From: a virus
Taxonomy: Duplodnaviria; Caudoviricetes
DNA length: 64,000 nucleotides
Reading direction: 5' to 3' (one strand)
IMG/VR virus record: IMGVR_UViG_3300050142_000050
Location: 1 to 64,000 of that record
The position numbers and the translations under genes are program-made. The notes below the pieces were generated by a model. That model did no database searches, was not told the origin of the DNA, and saw nothing but the letters and a program-made list of their open reading frames with translations. How positions within the stretch are numbered: the first letter of the stretch is position 1; every line of letters begins with the position of its first letter. Shown here piece by piece: positions 8,706 through 18,768 of the stretch.

Positions 8706-8906
8706 TTACTTGATCCTCCGGAAGCGAGTACTCAGCGCCTTGGCTTTCATGGCCACGATGATGAACAACCATGCGAAGATGACCACCAGCTTTTCATAGA
8801 TGGTCATTCGTACTTTGGCATCCTCATCATCGATGGCCCGTAGGAAGGTTGCCCCTATCAGACCCCAAATGATGAGGCCTGCGAGGATACATGCTAATTG
8901 GAACAT
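8706..8906 (-). CDS. Small two-TM membrane protein
   Basis: GAGG RBS, two hydrophobic helices, basic C-terminus. Confidence 0.6.
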   Translation of the reverse strand: MFQLACILAGLIIWGLIGATFLRAIDDEDAKVRMTIYEKLVVIFAWLFIIVAMKAKALSTRFRRIK

Positions 8907-8915
8907 GGTTTCACC

Positions 8916-10676
8916 TCATTGTGATTTGGTAGATAGGAATTCCTTAAAGAGAGCATTGACTTCTGCAAAGCCTGGTAGACCCAGGAATTCAGTACCCAAT
9001 TCCATCCCATTAGATTCCGGTGTGATTTGATAACTGCACAAGACCTCGATTGCATCCTCCTCACTGTAATACTTCTGGACATGAGGTCCTCTGACAGAGA
9101 GGATGGTAGCCACCTTGGTCTGCTTTGAGATATTAGCCACGATGGTGTTCGTGGGATATTGCGCTGAGAAGTCGAGGTCATTACCCCAGAAGAAACAGCG
9201 TGTATTGTGGTTAGGCCAATCCTTAAAGAGTTTGGCACCTGCTGCCACCAGATTACCTGGTTCGAGCACAGCGCCACCTTCATTGAGGAGCTTTTCATCT
9301 GCGACACCTTCGACATTGACGCCGGTACCTAAGATGTAGCCTTTCTTCTTCCAACTATCGAAGAGGACGTTGGTTGCCTTCACAGTCTGTCTGGGGAAGC
9401 ATTCCACAGGTGTGATGTCTGCACCCAGTACCATGGACGTGAAGTCATTGTTACGCCACTCCAGGAGCTGTAGGACGATCGTATCCCACATACCGTAGAC
9501 CACGTAAGATGACATCTTCTGGGAGAGCATCGCACGGTGCCAGTCGGCTGTCTGGAGACTATCGAATTCCGCAGTGTCAGGGAGCTTTAGCTTACCCCCC
9601 AGATTATACTTCGTTGCGATATCATCCAGCGCATAGGAAGGCTCCTTACCTTCCACAGTACGCACATAGCTGTACAGGGAAGTAGAGTCCACAAACTGGA
9701 AGTGAGCTGATGCCGTCAACCAGTGCCACTTCTGGGTGAAGTGGTGTGTCTTCTTGGTATCCTCCTTATAGCGCACCTGCGCAAAAGGAGTACCCCGTAA
9801 TTCAGGTGCTACGAGGATATCCTCGTACCTCACGTTATTTTCACGTAAGACTTTGAGGATTTCGGGAATATCGAAGTTGATATTCCAGACGCCCATGAAA
9901 GAGACCTTGGTCTCGTGGATCCTATCAAAGATCCAACGGATCATGTCTACTTCGTGATCGCCTTCGAAGTAATGGAAGGTGAATGGGAGTTGGTCGGCAT
10001 AACGACCTACCGACTTTTTATTCTCATCGAAGATACGTGCGATAAGAGGTTCGACGTGTTCAGCTACTTTCCTCTTAATGAGATCGATGGTGACAGGTAC
10101 GTGTTTACCATCCTGGATCTCCCACATGAAGGACTTCTTGACCGCCGTAAACACTTTAGACCCTACGGTCACTGTGATGATGGGCAGTCGTCCTTCAGAC
10201 TCTGGTAACAGCGATCGTTCGATGTCCAGGAAGCCTGTGGTGAAAGTATGATTGATGCGACCTACTTTCTGGAGGTCGTCCTTATACTTCATAGCAGCAA
10301 ATGCTGGGAGTGTGATGTTACCTCCATAGATGAAGGGACTCTCCAACACAGCCTGACGCTGCTTACGTCCCATGAAGTTAGGGGTATAGCCATTGAGCTC
10401 ACGGAACATCTCACGCTCACGGTGCTTGAAGGGTACCGTGATACACTTGAGCTTACTCTGGTGCTCAAATTCCTTCTTGTCTGTATGATTACGAAACTCA
10501 GGGGCAGTCACCCAGAACCTGACCTCTGGGTTCTTGAGTACTCGTAGGGATGGAGTGATCTCTCCACTCTCCCTCTCCACAATCTCTGAAATAACTAACG
10601 CATCACCATCCATTTCGGTGACTGCGATGTAGGAGCTGTGGAGCATGGTACGAGCTACGATCTTGTCCTTGCTCAC
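8916..10676 (-). CDS. Split family-B DNA polymerase, N-terminal part (3'-5' exonuclease plus motif A)
   Basis: ExoI FLDIE, ExoII WNINFDIP, ExoIII YGMWD and motif A DLDFSAQYP; the ORF ends before motifs B and C. Confidence 0.75.
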   Translation of the reverse strand: MSKDKIVARTMLHSSYIAVTEMDGDALVISEIVERESGEITPSLRVLKNPEVRFWVTAPEFRNHTDKKEFEHQSKLKCITVPFKHREREMFRELNGYTPNFMGRKQRQAVLESPFIYGGNITLPAFAAMKYKDDLQKVGRINHTFTTGFLDIERSLLPESEGRLPIITVTVGSKVFTAVKKSFMWEIQDGKHVPVTIDLIKRKVAEHVEPLIARIFDENKKSVGRYADQLPFTFHYFEGDHEVDMIRWIFDRIHETKVSFMGVWNINFDIPEILKVLRENNVRYEDILVAPELRGTPFAQVRYKEDTKKTHHFTQKWHWLTASAHFQFVDSTSLYSYVRTVEGKEPSYALDDIATKYNLGGKLKLPDTAEFDSLQTADWHRAMLSQKMSSYVVYGMWDTIVLQLLEWRNNDFTSMVLGADITPVECFPRQTVKATNVLFDSWKKKGYILGTGVNVEGVADEKLLNEGGAVLEPGNLVAAGAKLFKDWPNHNTRCFFWGNDLDFSAQYPTNTIVANISKQTKVATILSVRGPHVQKYYSEEDAIEVLCSYQITPESNGMELGTEFLGLPGFAEVNALFKEFLSTKSQ

Positions 10677-10737
10677 TATACGTCTCCTGAACTATTAGTC
10701 TCATTAGATGGTAGCATAGACTAATAGATAAAAAAGA

Positions 10738-10761
10738 GAGGGGAGGGTCTCCCCTCCCCTC
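10738..10761 (-). terminator. Hairpin downstream of the major capsid gene
   Basis: gaggggaggg-tctc-ccctcccctc, with an A-run on the left that reads as a U-tract on the minus strand. Confidence 0.7.
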
Positions 10762-10797
10762 CCTCTTCTTTCATCTTTAGGTCAGCAGACTTCAAGA

Positions 10798-13035
10798 TTA
10801 CACGGTCGGAGCCGAGTTCGTGGCCGAACCCAGAGCGATCGGCGTCAGAGCCGACACCGCCGTACCGTTGGTCGTGATCGTGCCGTAGTTCAGAACATTC
10901 AGGGCGACACCCATACGGTTCTGGAACAGTACCACTTCACGGCTCATCGCGGCGTAGCGACGCACGGCCGCACCACCGGGCTGGTTGACATAGTTCACCG
11001 ACAGCTGACCGCAATCGCGGATCGTGGCAGCCGACAAGATGTCTTCCATCTTCGAGGCGATCACCGGGAACGCGAACAGCTTGCCCTTCATCGAGTTGAT
11101 CGAGCTGCGCACGATGTCCAGACGGAACTTGCCGCCGAAGTCGATCGACACGTCAGCGCCGTCCTTGTTCGTCGACACCTGACCACCGATATCGGTGTAG
11201 TTGTTGACGCTCAGGATCAGGTCGACCAGGGTGCTGTGAGCAATGGCCTTGAACACCGGAGCTTCGCCGTCGTACTGCAAGCCCATCAGCGAATCGGTCA
11301 GCAGGCTCGAACACAGCATTTCGATGCGGTTACGCACCACCGCAGCGGCTTCGGCCAGACGGGTCGATTCGTTCATCAGGTTGTAGTCATGATCAGCGAA
11401 GTCGATGGAGCCGGTGCGGGCCATCGAGTACACCTGACCCGAAGCCAGCGAGTTGTTGTCCAAGCGATTGAACAGCGCCGTTTCCGGATACAGAGTGGCT
11501 TCCTGGTTGGCGGTGGTCACCGAACCCAGCTGCGTGGTCAGGATGGTCAGACCACGGATGTCGTTGCCCTGAGCCATGGCAGTCGACAGCACTTCGATCG
11601 AGTCCTTGTCCAGTTCCTGGGCCAGGGTCGATTCCACCATGAACACCTTGCCCATGGGTACGGTGAACTGCATGTGCGCACGGTTCATGCGGATGGCAGT
11701 GGTTGCCTTGCGCATGTTTTCTTCGTTCCACGACAGGTCTGTCGTGAAAGCGATGACCTTGGCGGTCAGCGAAGCGAACAGAGCGTTGGTGGTGGCACCA
11801 GGGGTCACGCCAGGCTTGGCCTGGAGAACCGGGGTCACAGCACCGGCCGAGCCAGTCAGGATACCGAACGACAGGTCGACCGTCGACGTGAAGTTGGTGA
11901 CCTTCAGAGCAACCGAAGCTTCGGTCAGAGCGGCAGCGATTTCCGAAGCCACTTCGGTGTCGGTAGCCGTGTACTTCTGACGAGCAGCGGTCAGCACCGG
12001 AGTGACCGAGAACATCGCCAGACGTTGACCCGAGCGATCAGCAGCAGGAGGAACGGCATAGCCGGCGCCCTGGATGTGGCTCGTGGTGAACTTGAAGACT
12101 TCGGTCTTGGTGACGCCGCCCACGGAAGCCGAAACTTCGATCAGCAGGTTGGTGACCAGGCCGCCTTCAGCGATCGTGTCCGACAGGTCGTCCTTGTCAT
12201 AACCGACAGTGGCAGTGTCGAGAGCCAGCTGCTTGAGCTGGATCTGGTTGCCACCCACCTTGAAGTAGCGCTTGTCGGCTGTGTACAGCACGCTGTCGGT
12301 ATCCTGCGAAGGTACCGGCACGATGCGCTTGGGCGTCGTGTCGAGCATCGAAGGGTTCAGCTGGAGGTCACGGAAGCGCGTGGTGTTGTCAGCATAACGC
12401 GAAGCAGCAGTGCTGTTGGCAGCCTGCGTCTTGGCCCAGTCGTAGATTTCCGGAATCGGAACCACGATGCGGAAGGTGTCGTTTTCTTCGTTCACGCGGG
12501 CGAACATCTTGTCCATCGCGTTGGCGCGTGGACGCAGAATCGCCAGAGTGCCGCCCAGACGAGGGTCGATCGCCTTGTCGATGGTCGAACCGATCGACTC
12601 GGTGCCCAGGATGTCCAGGTGCAGGTTCTCGCTGCGGAATGCCGAAGCAGCCACATGACCCATCATCGATTCCATCGACTGGATGTTGACGCTCGGGTCA
12701 ATCTGCGAAGGATCGGTGTGCTTCATGGCGCCGGTGTGGTAAGCACCATCGCAGTTCATCAGCAGGGTTTCGAGGACCTGGGGAACGAAGCGGTCAGCAC
12801 CCTTGTAGAACTGCTTCAGCTCGTTGGCCAGGGACTTCATCTGCGGCGGCTGATGACCGGTCGGCACCAGAGTCGGGGCATTGCCCATCGATTCCAGAGC
12901 CGTTTCCAGAACAGCGCCGGTCTGCGTCAGGGTGTTATTAGTAATGCGCACTGCGGTGGCGATGTCGGCAGCCGAGTCCGACTTATTCCCCAGGGCAACA
13001 GCGGCCATTTCGCGAAACTGCTTCAGCTTACTCAT
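10798..13035 (-). CDS. Major capsid protein (phiKZ gp120-like)
   Basis: 745 aa, extreme codon bias, N-terminal ALE/SME/GTE sites matching the phiKZ prohead protease motif S/A/G-X-E; synteny with the gp119-like gene and dnaB. Confidence 0.8.
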   Translation of the reverse strand: MSKLKQFREMAAVALGNKSDSAADIATAVRITNNTLTQTGAVLETALESMGNAPTLVPTGHQPPQMKSLANELKQFYKGADRFVPQVLETLLMNCDGAYHTGAMKHTDPSQIDPSVNIQSMESMMGHVAASAFRSENLHLDILGTESIGSTIDKAIDPRLGGTLAILRPRANAMDKMFARVNEENDTFRIVVPIPEIYDWAKTQAANSTAASRYADNTTRFRDLQLNPSMLDTTPKRIVPVPSQDTDSVLYTADKRYFKVGGNQIQLKQLALDTATVGYDKDDLSDTIAEGGLVTNLLIEVSASVGGVTKTEVFKFTTSHIQGAGYAVPPAADRSGQRLAMFSVTPVLTAARQKYTATDTEVASEIAAALTEASVALKVTNFTSTVDLSFGILTGSAGAVTPVLQAKPGVTPGATTNALFASLTAKVIAFTTDLSWNEENMRKATTAIRMNRAHMQFTVPMGKVFMVESTLAQELDKDSIEVLSTAMAQGNDIRGLTILTTQLGSVTTANQEATLYPETALFNRLDNNSLASGQVYSMARTGSIDFADHDYNLMNESTRLAEAAAVVRNRIEMLCSSLLTDSLMGLQYDGEAPVFKAIAHSTLVDLILSVNNYTDIGGQVSTNKDGADVSIDFGGKFRLDIVRSSINSMKGKLFAFPVIASKMEDILSAATIRDCGQLSVNYVNQPGGAAVRRYAAMSREVVLFQNRMGVALNVLNYGTITTNGTAVSALTPIALGSATNSAPTV

Positions 13036-13050
13036 TGTGGAGCACTCCAG

Positions 13051-14694
13051 TTAAAAATTTTCGACAAAAGAATCAAGGTCGAGAGTCTTGAGCATATCCT
13101 TGGTGGCGTCGACCGTCGCTACCCAGAGTCGGCTATTTACCCACTCGGAGAGCTTGGCTTTTGCCTCCGGTGATACGTCCACCGAATCGTCCTCCTGCAA
13201 CTTCTTACACAAAGCTGCAACCTGTTGGCGATACAGGTATGCATTCGACCCTTCACCCGATCGATCAGTCGGGATCAGATCTATATTATTTTTCTCTTCT
13301 GCACTCATAGGGTCAGGTTCCTGATCCGTTCCGTCCTGAGTAGCATCAGGGTTTTCGTCTTGACTTTCACCGTCGGAGGAAGTATCTTCACCCTCTTGAG
13401 AAGGTGGAGTATCTTCGTTGTCTCCCACAGTATCGTCATTTTCTTTATTCTGATCAGCCGGTTGAGATTCATCGCCTTCGTCAGGCGTGTCACCCTGATC
13501 CTCGGTAGGGGCTTCTTCTGGGGTGTCAGCTTCCTCTACAGGAGCCTCATCCTCAGGAGTTTCCTCTTCCTCATCCTTCTGTTCGGGCTTATTAGCCAGA
13601 GCTTCCAGAGCGATGTCGACGTCGAGCGAATTAGGCGTGATGCGACGTTCAAAGTCAGGATAGTCGAGCTGTGATTGGGTCACAGTACTCAGACGCTTAC
13701 GATCCCATTCGACGTCGTAACCAGATTCGTTCTGATTCAGAATGTCGCTGAACAGTCGACGGATCAGATTCGAGTTGATCAGATACGTCGGTACATTCTG
13801 CTTGGCATTGTTATAAATGCTACTCTGAGTCAGGAAATGGTAGTGGGCCTTGGAGACCATACCGACACGAGTGTCGAAGTCTGCGGCGATGGTAGCCGCA
13901 GTGTTATTGATGACCAGGGCACGAGGTACTGACATCGACTCCACGTACTCACCCTGGAAGTCCGAGAGGAACGAGAAGCCCTCCAGGAGAGCCACCAGGA
14001 GACTCACAGCCGCCGTACCGTTACCGTATCCGGTGAAGTAGGAACGACCGATGGTGATGAAATCGATCATCGAGCTCAACAGCGCCCAGATCGGAGTCGT
14101 CTGGAGTACCGGAGCATTGTACGTGTCATTGGGTGTCCGGTAGGTCACCTTGGGAGCCGTCAGGACGATCGGATCATTGGCGGCCATGTAGATGTCACCG
14201 AAGATGGACATCCGGAACTCATTGACCGTGATCTTCTCAGGGTGACCCGATCTCGCGAACATGATGCCGCACAGACGGATGATCGACTTCTGGTTGTCAG
14301 TGAAATCACGAGTCGCAATAAGCGTCGCGAAGTCCTTGTAGTCCAGAGAAGCAAAACTCATCGAGTCCACGCTCAAGATGTCTTCGAGCCTCGTGAGAAG
14401 TTCTTTTTCTTTCGGGGTGACATCACTGTGACTGACGAGGAACTTGTAACGCTCCTTCAGGCAATCGGCGATCATAGCGCCGATGGCGCTGGAATAGTTC
14501 TTTGCAAAAAGACCATCCCACTCGCTGGACAGCTTCAGGTTGGGCTTGTCTTTCAGGCCGTAACCTTCGACGTACACACCCGCCAGGAACAAGGCGTGGA
14601 AGAATTCCGCAAACACAGCTGGTAGGTCTTGTTTGGGTACTGCCCCAACCGAATGGGACAGTGAAAAGACCCTGTCTCCTTCATTGTAAAACAT
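13051..14694 (-). CDS. Virion/head protein (phiKZ gp119-like) with a long acidic linker
   Basis: Lies between dnaB and the capsid gene; ALE site followed by an E/D/P/T-rich region. Confidence 0.6.
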   Translation of the reverse strand: MFYNEGDRVFSLSHSVGAVPKQDLPAVFAEFFHALFLAGVYVEGYGLKDKPNLKLSSEWDGLFAKNYSSAIGAMIADCLKERYKFLVSHSDVTPKEKELLTRLEDILSVDSMSFASLDYKDFATLIATRDFTDNQKSIIRLCGIMFARSGHPEKITVNEFRMSIFGDIYMAANDPIVLTAPKVTYRTPNDTYNAPVLQTTPIWALLSSMIDFITIGRSYFTGYGNGTAAVSLLVALLEGFSFLSDFQGEYVESMSVPRALVINNTAATIAADFDTRVGMVSKAHYHFLTQSSIYNNAKQNVPTYLINSNLIRRLFSDILNQNESGYDVEWDRKRLSTVTQSQLDYPDFERRITPNSLDVDIALEALANKPEQKDEEEETPEDEAPVEEADTPEEAPTEDQGDTPDEGDESQPADQNKENDDTVGDNEDTPPSQEGEDTSSDGESQDENPDATQDGTDQEPDPMSAEEKNNIDLIPTDRSGEGSNAYLYRQQVAALCKKLQEDDSVDVSPEAKAKLSEWVNSRLWVATVDATKDMLKTLDLDSFVENF

Positions 14695-14801
14695 AAGCTG
14701 CCCTCTTGTATCGATAGGGTTAGTTTTTTGTCATAGTATCGCCAGGAGGCCTACCTTCACGAGGGTATCGCTTTTTTATCAAAGCTAACGCCCTAGATCA
14801 T

Positions 14802-16412
14802 GTGCTCATTTCGAAGGACATCTCAATGCTCGTCGACGACTCACTCTATCTCGAAGTGTTGTTGTTGGTACTGTGTGATCATTCCACGAAGACTCGTGAT
14901 TTGGTCAGCTCGTTTCTCGAGGTGGAGGAAGAGGCATTCCGTAAACGAGAGTTTGGGGGTGATCTCGATCCACTGATCGTAACATACCGCAGCTTCATCC
15001 GGACTGTCATGACTGAAGACATCACTATCAATGGTGATGTGGCGGTCAAGACTCTTCAACTCAAGATCCAATCCAACGAAGTCCTCAAGGACAACCCAGA
15101 GTCTCGAGATCTCCTGATCGACATCGTCTCTGGTTCGAGTACTATTACCGAGCGTCAGCTCGATGGCTATCTTTCTAATCTGCGTAATGTGATGATCATG
15201 CGCGATGCCGAAGACCGGATCCGAAAGCTCTTCGGTAAGGTGAGGCAGATTAGCGAGATCAAAGATCCCAATTTGAAGAACTTGGAAATCGAGCAATTGG
15301 TAGCAGCGTCCAATACGCTGGCCGAGACTCTCTCCAAGAAAGTGAATGAGGCGGAGGAGAAGAACTCTGAACACTTCATCTCACTATCCGATACAGACAG
15401 TATCCTCAAAGCTCTGACCCGCTACGAAGAGCGCAATGTGCTCGGTGGGGTCAACTGCGGTCTCCAAGGTCTCAATAGGGCACTGGGTGATCGTGGTGCT
15501 ATGGGTCTGGGTGAAATCTGGGCATTTGCTGCAAGGTCTCACCATTTCAAATCAGGTATCCTCACTCTCATCGCACTGTGGGCTGTGATCTACAACACAT
15601 ATGTGGTGCCTCCTGGTAAGAAGGCACTCGTGTGGTTTATTTCACTGGAAGACGAGCCGAGCAAGATCCTCGTCAAGATACTGCGATTGGTAGTGGCTCG
15701 CAAAGAAGGGAGGGTCTGCACTCCAGAAGATCTCAAACCTGAAAATGCAGTCGAGTACTTGAAGGAGTATTTCGCACAGTTCAATGTCGAACTGATGATC
15801 GATAAGTTCGCACCGACCGACTTCTCGTATGGTGTGTATGTTCGCAAGTTCAACAGCTTTGTAGAAGCGGGTTATCACCCTGTGGTGGTACCTCTCGACT
15901 ACATGTCTGCTGCGACTGGCGACCCTTCGGGTGAAATGGGTATCCGTGGTCGAGATAGTTCGAGTGATCGAATTGTCGTCGAACAGAATTACATCCGCTT
16001 CCGCCACCATGCGATGGATAATGGTTACCTGTTACCCACAGGTCACCAGCTATCGCGTAAGGCTGACGATATGGCAGGGGAACCTGGTCGTCATCACGTG
16101 GTGAAGAGATTCCATCCTGGTCTCATGGCCAATACCTCTGACGTGATGCGTCAGGTAGATGGTCTCATCTTTACCAATATCGAGAGTAACCTGGATGGTC
16201 ACAAATTCTTGACCTTCCTCCTTTACAAGAACCGCGGTAACGAGGATACCGTCGAGTCCCACAAGTTCTTCGCCTATCCGTTCTGTAAGATGGGTATCAT
16301 GGATGACTTGGAAGGACCAGCTCAATTCGTTACTGATATCAATGCTTGGTCACCACCGGATATCCATCCGGATTTGGCTACCCGTGCAGAAGAGGATAAC
16401 AGCCTCTTTTGA
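14802..16412 (+). CDS. dnaB: DnaB-like replicative helicase
   Basis: GLQGLNRALG, divergent Walker A AARSHHFKS, FISLED, PLDYM and GHQLSR motifs. Confidence 0.82.
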   Translation: MLISKDISMLVDDSLYLEVLLLVLCDHSTKTRDLVSSFLEVEEEAFRKREFGGDLDPLIVTYRSFIRTVMTEDITINGDVAVKTLQLKIQSNEVLKDNPESRDLLIDIVSGSSTITERQLDGYLSNLRNVMIMRDAEDRIRKLFGKVRQISEIKDPNLKNLEIEQLVAASNTLAETLSKKVNEAEEKNSEHFISLSDTDSILKALTRYEERNVLGGVNCGLQGLNRALGDRGAMGLGEIWAFAARSHHFKSGILTLIALWAVIYNTYVVPPGKKALVWFISLEDEPSKILVKILRLVVARKEGRVCTPEDLKPENAVEYLKEYFAQFNVELMIDKFAPTDFSYGVYVRKFNSFVEAGYHPVVVPLDYMSAATGDPSGEMGIRGRDSSSDRIVVEQNYIRFRHHAMDNGYLLPTGHQLSRKADDMAGEPGRHHVVKRFHPGLMANTSDVMRQVDGLIFTNIESNLDGHKFLTFLLYKNRGNEDTVESHKFFAYPFCKMGIMDDLEGPAQFVTDINAWSPPDIHPDLATRAEEDNSLF

Positions 16413-16456
16413 TCACCTCCTAGTTTCTCTTTCACAACGCGCAAAGGACGCTTATC

Positions 16457-17536
16457 ATGGAACTCGCAAAGAACCGCACCGCTGTATCGCTGAACATCGC
16501 TCCTCCGACCGATGGTAACAAGCGTGACAAGAACTATCCCAAGATGTTCCGTCCTCGTGGGGGCATCGACCATCAGACGCTGATGTCGGAGGATCGTCTG
16601 AACTTCACCATCGTCGGTGACTTCTGCGGCAAGGACCGCAATGTACCGGCTATCTGGAATTCGCGTGAGCTCGATCGTGCATCGACGATCATCGTGATGA
16701 CTGCTGATGAGGACTTCCTCCCCTTCGGTCCTCAGGACACCATGGGTGAGCTGCTTCCCATCAATCAGAAGGAAGCGCGCATCCGTGCTGGTGCTACCAC
16801 GCTGAAGCAAGGTTCGATCGTGGTGATCGGTATCTACTCGAAGGGATCGGGTGAGACGGCTCTGTACATCTGCCGTGTCGACTCGGTGGGCTTCGATAAG
16901 GTGGAATTCAACCACCGCAAGAATGACGTCCCTGCGGCGCTGTTGTCGACCCTGTATGTCCTGCGCTCGTCTGTGGTGCGCGGGAATGTGGAAACCTACT
17001 GCACCACCTACTACGGTCAGGAAGATTATGCGGAGTCGCTGGCATCCTCGCTGGGCACCCACGTCCTGAGCGTCCTGTGGGATGCGATTCCCTTCTTCCC
17101 CTGGCGTGCGCACTTCCGTCCGGTGGAAACCACCACGCGCAATACCAAGGGGATCCAGAAGTGGATCGATGCAGTGCGTGCCGATACAGTCGGTACCGAT
17201 GAACAGCCTGCGGTCCTCGCTCCTATTTCCTACTCGGAATTCGAGGAGAAGTGTCAGGAGTTCTTCACGGCGTCAGTGGCCGACACCATCAATGCAGGTC
17301 GACACCTGTCCGCGTATGATACGTTCCCCACGATCACGACCTATCGTCTGGGTACCGACATCTTTGCATTCGTCGGCAGCTCGTCGTACTATGTGAAGCT
17401 GGACAATGATCCCGAAGTGGTGGTGGTGGAGTCGGCACTGGCTGGTGATACCAATCTGGCCGAGCGCACCTTCATCGCGATCGATGAGGGTGATTTGGGC
17501 GTGGGTATCTACCGTGCGCTCTCGCTCCACTTCTGA
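16457..17536 (+). CDS. Hypothetical protein, probably highly expressed
   Basis: AAAGGA RBS, strong codon bias, no family recognised. Confidence 0.8.
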   Translation: MELAKNRTAVSLNIAPPTDGNKRDKNYPKMFRPRGGIDHQTLMSEDRLNFTIVGDFCGKDRNVPAIWNSRELDRASTIIVMTADEDFLPFGPQDTMGELLPINQKEARIRAGATTLKQGSIVVIGIYSKGSGETALYICRVDSVGFDKVEFNHRKNDVPAALLSTLYVLRSSVVRGNVETYCTTYYGQEDYAESLASSLGTHVLSVLWDAIPFFPWRAHFRPVETTTRNTKGIQKWIDAVRADTVGTDEQPAVLAPISYSEFEEKCQEFFTASVADTINAGRHLSAYDTFPTITTYRLGTDIFAFVGSSSYYVKLDNDPEVVVVESALAGDTNLAERTFIAIDEGDLGVGIYRALSLHF

Positions 17537-17676
17537 ACGACCGGATGAGCGGGTGGTACCCTTCTGTAAAAGGATAGGGTATCACTCGTGGTTGGAGTCT
17601 CTCGAATCTTCTTCGACAGACTTGAGTGTGGGGTTCCCTCCGGGGAACCCCACTATACCCCTTATCGTAGAACAAG

Positions 17677-18237
17677 GTGATTCCCATGAGTAACCCTCCT
17701 ACCTATCGCTTCTTGACTATCCCGAATATCGAGGAGATCGAAGAGGTACTTCCACCCATCACCTCCGAGTTGATCAGCTTCGGTCGAGGTTGTTCTCAAA
17801 GTACCGATAGTGTTATATATGCAATCTTCTTCAATGAGGGTCTCGATCACTGGTACAAATATCCTGCTAAGGATGGTGATACCTTCATGCTATCCGAGAA
17901 ACTTTACCAGATCGGTTACGACGATGTATTCGAGACATTCGGCATCGCCGGTGTGTACGCGATGAGGGACATAGTCGTTTCAGGGACCTCGGCGATTGGT
18001 ATGACGAAGTGTCTCAATATGCCCGATGCTACATTCGCTCTTCTCAATACGACCAGTGGGGATAGTGTATTCCAGCGTCATTTCGGTGGGGAAGAAATGC
18101 GGGGTCTACCAAACGGTGGTATCCAGATCGGGCATATCCAACTGGGTAAGGATCATAGTAGCATCCCTCTGGGTGATCGACGTGCTATCGAAGCAGTTAC
18201 CGCTATTTGGCGGTATCTGACCTTCATCGGTTATTGA
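17677..18237 (+). CDS. Hypothetical protein, paralog family B
   Basis: Motif IFFNEG...HWYKYP..DGDTFML. Confidence 0.7.
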   Translation: MIPMSNPPTYRFLTIPNIEEIEEVLPPITSELISFGRGCSQSTDSVIYAIFFNEGLDHWYKYPAKDGDTFMLSEKLYQIGYDDVFETFGIAGVYAMRDIVVSGTSAIGMTKCLNMPDATFALLNTTSGDSVFQRHFGGEEMRGLPNGGIQIGHIQLGKDHSSIPLGDRRAIEAVTAIWRYLTFIGY

Positions 18238-18743
18238 TTGAGGAGTACTATTCGATGATCAAGAAAATGTCAAATTGGCCTGGTAAGGAAGAGGGCGATC
18301 CGAGCGAAATCCTCAAGTTGGAATGGAAATTTCCTTCTTCGGATATGGTGCTCAGCAGCTACATGCTACAGCCTGGCGTTCTCTGGGGCATCTTCAAAAA
18401 CGATAAAGGTGAGATGTGCCGATGTCGTTTGACAGATGGTGCAATGTTCGTTCTTCAGAATTCTGCGGTTCGTGTGTCCACCGTCGGCGACCCTTCGGGT
18501 GAAATTACGCTCATGGTCTCCCGCCAGATCCAGATTACAGAGGAACCCGAACTACCCGTCGACGAATGTATTGTCGACTTCAAAGCGGTCCGAGATGGAA
18601 AAATCGTGGATATGGCGGCGGCGTATATCGGAAGAGATATGGCGGCGTGGTATACAAGCCCTCCGGAGAATAATCGGGGTCTCACGCAGCGAGAGTCGAG
18701 CCTCGAGATTATCGGAACCCCCCGTAATAAGCGGGCGGCCTAA
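18207..18743 (+). CDS. Hypothetical protein, paralog family B (true start probably about 18254)
   Basis: Motif IFKNDKG...DGAMFVL; GAGGAG RBS at about 18240. Confidence 0.65.
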   Translation: MAVSDLHRLLIEEYYSMIKKMSNWPGKEEGDPSEILKLEWKFPSSDMVLSSYMLQPGVLWGIFKNDKGEMCRCRLTDGAMFVLQNSAVRVSTVGDPSGEITLMVSRQIQITEEPELPVDECIVDFKAVRDGKIVDMAAAYIGRDMAAWYTSPPENNRGLTQRESSLEIIGTPRNKRAA

Positions 18744-18768
18744 CGGAATACGATAAGGAGTAAGCCCC

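Noticed and set aside
11236-13173. 645-aa ORF antisense to the major capsid gene
   Set aside because: Shadow frame produced by strong codon bias in the same codon register; no RBS and no protein-like motifs
13300-13600. Acidic low-complexity stretch as a DNA repeat or CRISPR array
   Set aside because: No fixed-length repeat-spacer units; it is a coding E/D/P/T linker. I saw no CRISPR array anywhere in the window
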